Source: Bugula neritina
Lineage: Eukaryota; Animalia; Bryozoa
Assembly: GCA_964035545.1 (NCBI GenBank)
Contig: OZ037767.1
Coordinates: forward strand, 12,881,801 to 12,945,800
DNA length: 64,000 nucleotides
Reading direction: 5' to 3'
Shown: positions 50,001 to 61,111 of the stretch, in pieces
Position numbering within the stretch: position 1 is the stretch's first letter
How the letters are laid out: every line of letters starts with the position of its first letter
The notes under the pieces: model-generated
The model's database searches: none
Told to the model about the DNA's origin: nothing
Seen by the model: only the letters and a program-made list of their open reading frames with translations
Made by a program: the position numbers and the translations under genes

Positions 50001-53000
50001 AGTGTTGGCCGGTGCAGAGGAAGTGACATTATCATCATCTTTCTCCTCAACAGCAATAGTAGCGTTCACAATAAAGCTGCCGCATGAAATTCGGAAAATG
50101 CTACACTCGATGACTCGGGTCACAGCTGTCTGTATGCTGTCACACACCACCAACTACACAAATATACTCTTTTGTAAGACACACCCAAGCTTATAGTTCT
50201 TGTTCCTGTGAGAAATATTTTATGAAAAAGCATTTTACCAAATTGTCCTAAGAATTTATTCAGATGAGACACAGGAGCAATTATGACTGAATATTTTTCC
50301 TAACATCACCAATGGCCTTTGTCAGAGTCTAAACCCTTGAGTTTGCGTTTAATAGGCAAATGCTGTAACTTATAGACCATGACTGCTCTTTTTTGTGAGA
50401 CACTAGTACAACTATATAATTGTTAGTTAGGCATAAACTATGAGTCAGTTTACTTCATTTAGTACACACCAGCAAATTATGAGTTTAAGGTTTGCTCAAA
50501 ATCTATTAAAATTTACTATACATGGTGTTTTTATGTGCTGGTTTTAACTACGCATAACAGAAAAGGCTGGGAGGGGATTCCCCAACATTAAAGCACAAGT
50601 CATTGTCATATGCACTTAATATTCTATATGTGCAGACCGTTACGAAAAAACCGTAACGGTTTGTAACCAAAACTAGCTAAATAATTATAGGGAAAAACAT
50701 GGAAAATGAAGCAAAATTAAAACGAACTTTGATTATTTAGGTGTATTTATTGGTGTTTTACTAGTTTTGGCCAAAAAATCATGTTCATTACCAGCTAAAT
50801 TGTGAAAAATAGCCAAAAACTGAAGATTTTGAGTGTGTACTAAATTAAGTAAAATGACCCCTATATATCTGTACACTTTTGTGCAAAGCACAAACTACAG
50901 CATTATGCTCTTTAGTGAGCTGGCTAAGTGAGACATTTAGGTGAAACTTACGTAGAAAGCCTGATAGGATTCCGAAGACGTATCCTGCAGTGCCGAATCA
51001 TCACAAGTAAAATACAGGCTTGTAAAAGAAATAATTCTAATGGAAACTGAAAACAGCTTTGTTCGACTTCCTTTTTTAGGCTTAGCAAAAGCAGTGGTAG
51101 TAGGAGTAGTAGTAGCAGCAGTAGTAGTAGTACTGGTAGCAGTAATAGTAGTGGTAGCGATAGCGGTAGTGGTAGAAGCAGCAGTAGTGGTAGTAGCGGT
51201 CACAGTGGTAGAAATAGAAGTAGTAGTACTAGTAGGAGCAATAGTACTAGTGCCGGTGGTAGTGCTAATAGCTGTAGACGTAGTAATACTAGTAGGAGTG
51301 GTAGTGCTAGTAGCAGTAGTAGTACTAGGGATAGTAGTGCTAGTAACAGCACTGGTGGTAGATGGTGTAGTGGTTGTAGAAGATGTAGTTGTCTGCGTGG
51401 TTGTGGGTGGAGGATCACAGCTGTATCCTTCTGCTGCTCCATTCACATCACAGCAACTGTCACAACATGAGATAGCATTTACAGCACAGCTGGCTGCATT
51501 TAGTGAAGGACAGAGAGAGTGTAAATCTCCATGCAGACAATCTGGTCCCAGCCATGGTTTCTCATGTGAAGGACAAGTTGCACAACACTTTGACAGTACA
51601 GTAGATGATGTAGCACAGTCTATAGCTCCTGCTGTTGCACATGTCAAATCTGAGTTTGAGAAAATTAGACCTCGCGCATCGCCAAATGGGCAGTTTACTG
51701 AAAACCAGATCAACAGTTTAAATTAGTAAAATTAAATCCGTAAATTTCAATGTGCACAATAAGACAAAGACAGTTTACAGGCAAATTGCAGGCTTCATGC
51801 AATCATAACACTTTGTAAAAAGGCAAAATAATCATTTTATACCCGAGTCTCAATTAAGTAAGAAACACAAAGGACTTCAGGCAATAGGAAAAGTTGGGAG
51901 CTAAAAGTTCAACGTCAAGTTAAAAGTGGCATAGTTTCAAGATAATTCCTTGTGTAGCTAGCACATTGTATCACCCTTCACCTCTGTAAAAATTTCAACT
52001 TGCATTACAAATAAAAAGAATAAAATATAACTTTTAACAGATATTTATAGATTTCAAGAGTACTCAAAGCTATTACTATTTCAAAAACACAACAGACATG
52101 TTTTTTTTTGGTAATAGGACAAAAAAGGTTAGATCATGTAAGAATTATACTAGAATGTTCTTTATTTGCATAGTGGAATTTAAGGCTTACACATTGTTTT
52201 GTGTTGTTTTGTGTCATTGTTTCAGCTATCATGAAAAAGAGAGAACGTCCCCAAGTTAGTTGATTTATGGAAGACGCCGAAGCCATGATTTTAGTTGCCT
52301 TTATACCTTCACGATTTTCGGTCAAAAATTCAATTTGGCCGGGTTGAAATTTCTCCGAGTCGCATTGCATTGTAAAAGGCACTCGTTGAATTTTTTGTAC
52401 TGTGATAACTTGTTCGGCCAATTTTAGAATAGGAGTAATTACTCCTTGTAAACATCGTTATTTAGTTATTACTTTGGAGATTAGACAACGTACTTATACG
52501 GTTATAATTATATAGCCTACGCTTTTTCAATTATCGCTTTTATGCTTTCCGCTTCACTAATTCACGACGTTTACAAAAGGCATCAAATGGCTATTATACG
52601 AGTCAAATTTCAATTTTAGAAAGTGAGCAACCGCATCAATATGATTTCAAAAAGTTTCAGTTTGACTATAAAGGGGTACTGGACAAGCATTATTAACTTA
52701 AACTCGGTACTTTTTCAGCAGAGGTATAAACGCAACTTTATTACCACAAAATATAATACAAGATAATACTAAAATTATTACAAGATAAGTGAGACAATTG
52801 ATTATTGTGATTATGCACAAAATAATAAATTAATAAAATAGCATTACAAATAAATGTTTACATAAATACGGAACATCTCCCACAGAATAGAAAAAGGCTA
52901 GATGTTTTAAGAGGGCACCTAATCTGCCATCTAACTAGGAGGCTTCCGTTCTCTGGCTGAACGTCGTAGGTTGTCGCAATGATATGATTGGTGGTGTCAA

Positions 53001-56000
53001 CTTGAGTGCTACACTAGCATTTTTTTAAAGATCCTCAGGTGTCTCAGGACTCGCTGGCTCAGTGACAAGCGGTCTGATATCTCGTCGGTTTCTTCGAAAG
53101 AAGTTGTTGTTGAGCTGTACAGCATAGGCTCTGTTAGTCAATTAATTGTTAATCTGTGCCTTCTGCTATTTTTCCGGTGCTAGCTTCAGTTCCAAATCAA
53201 AAGTAGTTGCCCTTCTTCAAAACTACCAAATCTCTTGCACTGTCATTAAATCTCTGCTGCAGTTTTTCGTTGCGACTATGCTTTTCTCACCAACCCTGAT
53301 TGCCCTCTGCTTCTGGCTTGACTTGTAGTGGAACTGACCTGGTGGGCTTTCCGATAAATTGCTAAATTGGGCTGGCCGTCAAGTCTTCTTTGGTGGTATT
53401 GATATGTTCTAGCGAAGCAAGTTTGGGCTCTTCACATATTCAGAGTATGCGTTTAATTATCTTCACAGCAGACTTTGCCGTCCCATTATATTGAGGATGA
53501 TATGGAGAGCTGGTGGTGTGTCTGAAATTCCATGATTGGCTAAAAGTAGAAAACTGGTGTAAAGTAAAGTAAAGTAAAGTCCAATGTCAGTGTGAACTTG
53601 TCTGGGTATCCCCAGTTTTCCAAAACAGCGCTTTAGAGAGTCTATTACAGTCTCTGCTGTTTGGTTGTTCAGTTGGTTGTCCTCAAGGTAGTCAGTCGTA
53701 TGGTCAACAATAGTAACGTAATGAGTGTGGTTGTATTCAAACAAGTCGACTCCTACTTTTGTCCAAAGTTGTTGGAGAACTGTGTAGAGTAAAAGCGTTT
53801 CCTTCTGTTGTCGGGGAGCATCTATTTGACATTGTCGACAGCTAGCAATATTGTTTTTGATGTCCTTGCTGATGCCAAGCCAGAACACTGTGTGGCAGAT
53901 ATATTTTAGTGTAGAGTTAATTCCATTATGGCCAGTGTGAAGTAGTTGGAGAAACATTCTCTGGAATGCCTTTAGAATAATGGCTCTTACCCAATTGTAA
54001 ACAATGCCATTGTCAATGAATAGTTGATCCTGAAAGTGTTTGTACCTGTCATAAGTTGTGCAGTTGGAAATGTTCCAGTCATGTTTAATAAGGTTTGTCA
54101 GTGTTGTAAGTTCATTGTTCTGTGCAGTAGCAGTTCCGCTGTTGTAAATCAAGTCATCACAAACAGGAGCATCATTATTTTGAGAGTCAATGTGGAAGAT
54201 GTGTTCTGGTAGTTGTTGATAGTTGGGAGAGTCAAAGTATGAGTCTCTTGAGAGTAAGTTAGCCGTGATTTGTTTAGCACTTTTTTGCCAAGTTACTCTA
54301 ATGTTAGGGTATCTTTGTAAGTGAAGAAGCATAGCCTTCAACCTCCGGGATGCCTTATAAATGGATTTTCTGAAAATAGATACAAGGGGTTTGTGGTCAG
54401 TTTGGATAATGACAGCATGGTGACCAAAGATATACTGGTCAAAGCGTTCAGTGCCAAACACTATGGCAAGAAACTCAAGCTCTAGTGATACATAGTTCTG
54501 TTCTGATTTTGTTGAACTGCGAGGTGCATATGCTACAGGCTCGCCTCCTTGCATGAGTGTTGCACCCACACCAGTATTTGAAGCGTCACTTTGTATAGTT
54601 ATTGGCTTGTTGCAGTTGAAGTATTGTAGAGTTTTGGAGTCAATTGTTAAGGTGTTCACTATTCAGTCTATTAGAAGCGTTCAATTGGTGGTCAGTCCAG
54701 TGAAAGTCTCGGGCATTGTCTTGTGTCAGTAAACGCCGTAATGTTTCAGATTCCGATGCTAGATTGCTAATAAATTTTGACATGTAGGTTATGTGACCAG
54801 GGAACCGTTTTACTTCTTGTGGAGATGACGAAGGTCTCATCTTAAATATAGCATTCACTTTGTTAGGATCAGGTTTATTTCCATTAGTTGTTAGTATATG
54901 CCCAATGTAAGGTAGTTCGTCCTGAAGGAAGGGGGATTTTTCCTTGTTCAGTCTCAGTCTTGTCTGTCAAGCATGTTTGAAAAGCGCTTCAAGGGTGCTA
55001 TCATGCTCTTTCCTTGTCCTTCCGAAAATTAGGATGTCATCTGCAACTATGGTGATGCCATTAAGATTAGCAAGATTTTTCGTGAGCCTTTTCTGGAACT
55101 CCTTCGGTGCTGATGCAATTCCGAAGGGTAGCCTTAGGTACTTGTATTTTCCTATGGGCGTCCAGAAAGTTGTCAGATTTGTAGATTATTCAGCTAGAGG
55201 AATTTGATAGAAACCTTCTTTGGGGACACACAAAGAGAACAACTTGGCATCGTTTAATTGTAGCAAAACATCTTTCAATGTTGGCATGACAGAGTGGTTT
55301 CGTTTAATTGCTTGATTAGGATTTTGCAGATCTATGCGAGTGCGTATTATTTCATTAGGTTTGCGTACTGGCTGTAGATGACTTATCTAGTCTGTAGGTT
55401 TTTCTACCTTGGTGATAATTTGGCATTGTTCCAGTTCAAGAATATTCCTGATGAGATCTGATTTCATTGACAAGGGCACCTCTCGCTGTCGGATTTGCAC
55501 AGGTACAGCTTCAGCTTTTAGCTCTATCCTATATTCCTGTTCAAATTTTCAAATTCTAGTAAATATGTCATCAAATTCAGTCAGTAAAGTCTGAAGGTCT
55601 GAGTCAGTGGTGGCAAAGTTTACATTCTAGCTTTTGGTGCAGGGCATTTTTAATAAATCCAGGTGCAAAAAATGATTTCTATGACAGCAAGCTGTGTTGG
55701 ATGGTTTCCATAACTAAGAATTTTAATGTAGTGTAACGTTCTTGCTTGTTTAGTATCTGTATACGTGTCCACCCCAGTGGTGCACACTTGCTCTGGTCAT
55801 ACAAAGTTAGTACAGTATCAGTCGGTGTAAGTTTCGGTCTACCTAGCTTGCCGTGGTCAACAATATTCAAAATATTGCATGATGCACCAGTGTCAAGTTG
55901 GAATTCAATGTCATAAATAGTATCTGCCTGCTAAGCAGTGAGTATCACTAATAGTTTATCATCCCGTACTGTAGTGGAGATAGTACTTACATTTTGATAG

Positions 56001-57698
56001 TCACTGTCTGAAGAGTAATTCCAGGTGACTTGATTGGCTGCTTCGTTTGGGTCGCAATAATGATGCATACGTGACCTGCAGTATGCGGCAAAGTGGTTAA
56101 ACTTTTTGCAATGATTGCACTGTTTCCCATAAACTGGGCATGCTCGAGGTGGGTGCATGCCTCCGCAGTTTCCACACCTAGAAACACCAATTGATCTTCT
56201 GACGTTGGGCTGAGAGCAAGTGTGTGAAAGCTGCCCTTTGTGTTTATCAGTGTCACGAGTGTAGTCAGAGTGGTATTGAAGAGTCGGAGGTCTATGTTTT
56301 ACCAAATTCACTTGTTCGAGTCTATAAGTGTTATCATTAGTCATAGTCTTGTAGTCAATGGCTGATGCTTCTTTCTGTCTACAGAGTTCAATTGCTTTGT
56401 CAAAGTCAGAGTCAGTCAAGTCAAACAGTTTCTTTCTAAGCTTGTCACTTTTAATCCCCAGTATTAGCCCTTGTAGTGTAAGTTGGTTGTACATGTCTTT
56501 TAAGTCATGTAGTCTTGCAAGGGAATGTAGTTCAGTCAAAAATTCGTCAATAGTTCTTTTCCTTTGCTTGCAAGTCAGTAGTGAGTGAATGTTAGCGACT
56601 AAGTTTAATCTTGGCTTGCAGTAGTCATCAAATTGCGTCACAAGTTTGTCGTAGTCAGTCTTGTCATTGTTGTCAGTTCATTTGAAATATTCGTATATTT
56701 GGTTGCCGCGGCAATCGATAGTTTTTAGTAGGTATGCAGTTTTCACTCTGCCTTCAGCTGTATCCTTCGATGTGGCAGTTAAAAAAAGTTCAAAGTCAGG
56801 TTTAAAAATCTTCCACTTCTCAGGTAGATTCGGTCCATCTGCTATTGGTTTTGGCGCTAGTAATTGCTCCATGTTGTCTCAGTGTAATGATAATAATAAT
56901 AATTAGACTTGAGGCACCATGTTTTGTGTTGTTTTGTGTTATTGTTTCAGTTACCGTGAAAGAGAGAGAACGTCCTTAAGTTAGTTAATTAACGAAAGAG
57001 GCCAAAGCCGTGATTTATTACCACAATATATATTACAAGATAATACTAAAATTATTACAAGATAAGTAAGACAATTTATTATGATTATGCACAAAAATAG
57101 TAAATTAATAAAATAACATTACAAATTAATGTTTACACACATATATGTCTATCTAAAGTTGAACTAACTGTTGGAAGTAAGTGGTTACATACCATCCACC
57201 GCTGGAGCGTTGACATCCTCAACACACTCTTCTTCAACACACCACTACAGAAGAAATATGCTGATGCAATAAATTGTATATTCCCAAGACCTGTCACACC
57301 ACTTTTTTTCTAGGATAGACACATGGAAGTTATTTTTAGAGTATAAATTATTGCTACTTAACTAGATAAATAAATTTTGTATAATTACTGATTTTATGAT
57401 AAAAAAAATGTCTACTCTAAGTACGCTAAATAGAGATGGGCAAGGCATGCTGAAAAATCACTTGTCTCAAAATTTGAGTGCAAATGTGCAGTCTGACAAT
57501 ATGCGTAATATAATATATAGTTTTTATTCACAATGTATGAATAAAAAAAATAAGCCACAAGTAACACTTCAGGCATCACATTTTACATACTTTTCCATCA
57601 CCACAACTGGTGTAAAGCAGAGCTGCACTACCTGCGGTCCTAGAGGAGCCATCAGCTGTGCACCACAGCTTCTGGCAGATCTCTAAATATGTAGTTGT
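41039..57698 (-). CDS. Convergent paralog (gene B), 3' part: Cys-rich - 2x PLAC-like - short Thr-rich stalk - SEA - EGF_Ca - EGF-like - TM
   Basis: Phase-consistent exons 57698-57591, 57244-57193, 51697-50952, 50153-49952, 49529-49407, 41691-41554, 41218-41039; sizes 108/52/202/123 equal to gene A; no internal stops. Exact C-terminus uncertain (possible extra intron near 41101-41012). Protease exons presumably lie beyond the window. Confidence 0.82.
41893..49260. mobile_element. CACTG-ended CMC-like MITE hosting Gypsy-A2
   Basis: Ends CACCGGCTTTC / GAAAGCCAGTG, 2-bp TSD TT, subterminal GATCGATCT-type repeats in both arms (41893-41982, 48969-49260). Confidence 0.6.
41983..48968 (+). mobile_element. 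Degenerate Ty3/Gypsy LTR retrotransposon (Gypsy-A2) with gag deletion
   Basis: LTRs 41983-42407 and 48542-48968, degenerate tRNA-Leu PBS 42409-42427, protease LDTG, RT YLDD, RNase H, integrase; same lineage as Gypsy-A1. Confidence 0.93.
50270..50388 (-). mobile_element. tRNA-derived SINE (same family as 31431-31548)
   Basis: CAGGAGCAATTATGACTG...CAATGGCCTT shared with the 31431 copy. Confidence 0.55.
52195..57137 (-). mobile_element. Degenerate Mag-clade-like (K02A2.6-like) Gypsy LTR retrotransposon (Gypsy-B)
   Basis: LTRs 56920-57137 and 52195-52875 (with MITE), 5-bp TSD CACAT, PBS starting TGGTG, gag with double CCHC (CGNCGGMH...CNHCKKFNHFAAYC), protease LDTGAS, RT, RNase H QSDAS, integrase. 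Confidence 0.92.
52293..52737. mobile_element. ~445-bp MITE in the LTR of Gypsy-B
   Basis: 16-bp TIR AGTTGC(C/G)TTTATACCT; absent from the partner LTR; T-rich target (Kolobok-like, inferred). Confidence 0.8.
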
Positions 57699-58064
57699 CT
57701 GCAACAGAAATACTGTATGATGCGGATGCTTCTTTGTAGATACCATACAAGAAATGTACAATTTAATAAATAGATTATCACTGAAAAATAATTGCCCTCA
57801 CTGGGATTCAAACTCGGGACTACTGAGTAATCACAACACTACATCCCACCGGTGTCATCCCAGATAGACAATTTCCAGTTAGACGCTATTTATTTATTTC
57901 AGTACAATATATATTTTGTTTGCAATTCTTTTGAATACTTTTAAAATATATGTATATTTAAATGAACTTAGATTAGTTGTTTATTACTTAGCACATAAAA
58001 AGATTTATTTGCGCTGTATTAACTTATTAATTTTGCATTTTCTATACTTCTTGTTGTTTGAAAA

Positions 58065-61000
58065 TGTTGTATTATAATGCACTCGCTACAGTGTTACGCT
58101 TTAGTTAGGCCAAGGTTACTTTCAGTTTTAATAAAATATTGCCATCTTTAATACTATACTTGCTTGTGTTCATTGTCTAACAAATTATAACTTACTACAT
58201 CCACAGTCATAATAATACATGTTGGTCGGTACGTGTTGCTGAAGCCAAGTTGAGGTTATTAGCTATTTTATATTTATAAAGTTTAAGTGTGTTTTATTGT
58301 TATTGCTAAGTTTAACCTCTCTAAAAAGTTTGAATTTGATCAGTTTGGCTGGGCAGAATAGTTTGCTTGCTGGGGTCGTTAAAGGACACTGTCAAAGCTC
58401 AATGAGGAAAAAGAACGGTTACAAGTTGAAAGCTTTCTCTATTGTATGGGAAATAAAAACGAGAGAATCTTCAATGGTTTAGCACTGCCGGATGAATGAA
58501 CTAAGAACTACCAAAAAGCATCCAATGCTTTTCACAAGTATTTTTCTCCACGTAAGCACGTAAATTATGAAAGAGCTCATTTCTTTAGACGCTGCCAACA
58601 ACAAGGAGAAACCTTTGAACATTATCTTAGGCCTCTAAATGACATAGCAGATAGGTGTGATTTCTCCAATAGATCAGAGCAAATGCAAGGCAGAATTGTA
58701 GTAGGAACCATGGACACTAATTGCAGTCATGAAATGCAGAAAATGAAAGTTTAGGACCTAACTGGAGAGGTTGCCATAAATATGGTTAGACAATTTGAGC
58801 AAGTACACAGGATAGTTAAGGGCAACCTTTTAGCTGCAACTGCCTTGCTGAGGTTTGCATTGTAATCATATAAGAATTCAGTACCAGTAAAATAAAATCT
58901 CACCTAATTGTGCTAGAGTCAAAATTTAAAAACTATGTTGTAGATCTTCTTTTTCCCCAGTGTAGGTTTTTTGGAAATTTCAATTTTCATTTTTTTTGCA
59001 AAGTTATAGACAGAAAACTGCCCAATTTTGGCCAATTTTGCCTGAAAAGCTGACTTTTCAGTACCAGTAAAATATCTCAGCAGGAAAACATGATATCTGG
59101 AAATAAATTGCACTACTGGAATCCTGAGATATTTCTCCAGTGTAAGTTTTTTTCTTTTTCCAATAACTCTTCTAGATTGCCCATAAATTGGTGATTTATA
59201 CACTGAAAATGCCATATTTTTTCATAGAAAATTAGCAGCGCGCAGTACTTCACGCTTCAATGAGCACGTAGGGATGAGAAGATATTGGCGCGTACATACT
59301 AATTACAGGCTTGCTAGCTGGCAGGCTATAATGAATAGCTTGCTTTGTACTTTGTTTATGTAGCACCCATAATGGAATGTTGATAGATTACACAGCCCTA
59401 ATGAAGGTTGCTGCTTATTGGTTGTAGTTTGATCTTAGGCTAAACAATTGCAAGTAGGCAACACGCATGCCACCCACAAAGCCATATTATTCAAGAACCT
59501 AAACTACATTTTGAGAGAAATTTATGATATTCTTAGTGAGGATGCCCTTAACTATCCTGTGTAGACAAGAACATTAAAGACTTGACAGAAAGTCATATTC
59601 AGGGTAGTACCAGTAGTACTCCGGTAGATGCTGTCTCCAAATTTAGTAGCAGTGGTGGTCACACAAACAACAAGTCTTGGAAGCACAGCTCTAGGAGTAA
59701 CAGTACTAAGCAAACTAATAGCTTTACTCCCTGTGGCCGATGTGGTGGTGTGAACCACACAAGAGGTACATGCACTGCTAAAGATTGTAAATGTAAGGGC
59801 AGTGGTAAACTCGGACACTGCGCAAAAATGTGTAAATCTAAGCCTGCCACTCAAGTTCAGCAAGTCGAAGAAGAAGTGCACACCGTACTTCTGGGTGAGA
59901 TAGCAGAGATAGTTCAGAAATGTGAGTCCTGTAGGAAGGAGTCAAACATTCAGCAATCTCCACTCCCTCTGATTTTTCTAGTTGTCCTTGGGAAAAACTA
60001 GGCAGTGACTTGTTTTATGTTGACAATAAGTGGTTCTTGCTAGTAGTTGATTGCTGTTCTCGTTTTATCGAAGTTGCATTGTTGGAGGATCTTACCAGTT
60101 TCAAAGTTATACTCCATTTGAAGAGCATATTTGTTCGACATGGTGTCCCAGAGATCCTAATTTTTGATGATGGTGTGCAATATGCTTCAGAAAAATTTAA
60201 ATCCTTCGCCCGAGAGTTTGGTTTTACCCATGTTACCAGTTCTCCTAAACACCCTCTGGGAAAAGGTGCAGCTGAACAAGTTGTTCAGGCTATCAAAAAC
60301 ATTTTGAAAAAAAAACAAGATCCGTATTTAGGGTTGATGGCTTATAGGTCTTCACTGCTGGAAAATGGTGTCTCTCCAGCTGAGTTGTTGATGGGTTGGA
60401 AACTGCGCACTACGGTGCTTTCTTTGCCACCAGTGTTGGTCCCAAAGCAGCTCGATGTAGAATGGGTTAAGTAAAAAGAAGCTCATGCTAAAGCTCAGAG
60501 CAAAAAAATATTTGACTTGAGACATCGAGTTTTGGTCCCTCTATCGTTAAGTCCTGGTAATAGAGTTCATGTGTGTGATCTGAATCGTGATGCTGAAGTT
60601 GTTGTACTTCTCTGCAAGGCCCCGATCCGTTGTTGTTAAAAGTACTAATGGTGTCCCATTCAAACGCACTGTTACCAATCTAGTGCGATTAAAAACTACT
60701 GAGTTGTCTGATGACAATAATGTTGCTAAAAATCTAGTTTTGGTAGAACTATTAAATTTAGACAGATTTTAGATTTGTAAATATACTATGTGCTGTGTTT
60801 GTTTTCATTTTATTACGTATTGCATGGCCATTGTGTTTTCAATAGTGTATTGAAATGTTTCTGTGTAGTATCAATATGTTGCCAATGTGTGCTTTCTTCC
60901 GTCTTACAATTTTGTGCAGTCTCTTCATTTTTATTGTTGTCTTGAGAAATGGAAGTGTTGTATCATAATGCACTCGCTACAGTGTTACACTTTAGTTAGG

Positions 61001-61111
61001 TCAAGGTTACTTTCAGTTTCAATGAAGTTATTGCCATTTTTAATACTATACTTGTTTGTGTTCATTATCTAACCAAATATAATTTACTTCATCCACAGTC
61101 ATAACATTACA
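58065..61111 (+). mobile_element. Internally deleted Mag-clade-like Gypsy element (Gypsy-C): gag joined directly to integrase
   Basis: LTRs 58065-58219 and 60956-61111; gag with CCHC knuckles (CGRCGGVNH...GHCAKMC) runs into integrase (VQKCESC, HGVPE, SPAELLMG); no protease, RT or RNase H. Confidence 0.88.
58806..59561 (-). mobile_element. 756-bp CMC/EnSpm-like MITE, copy 2
   Basis: Reverse complement of 9761-10516, same length and TIRs, 2-bp TSD TA. Confidence 0.9.

Noticed and set aside
51040-51726. 228-aa Val-rich plus-strand ORF
   Set aside because: Antisense shadow of the gene B Thr-rich exon.
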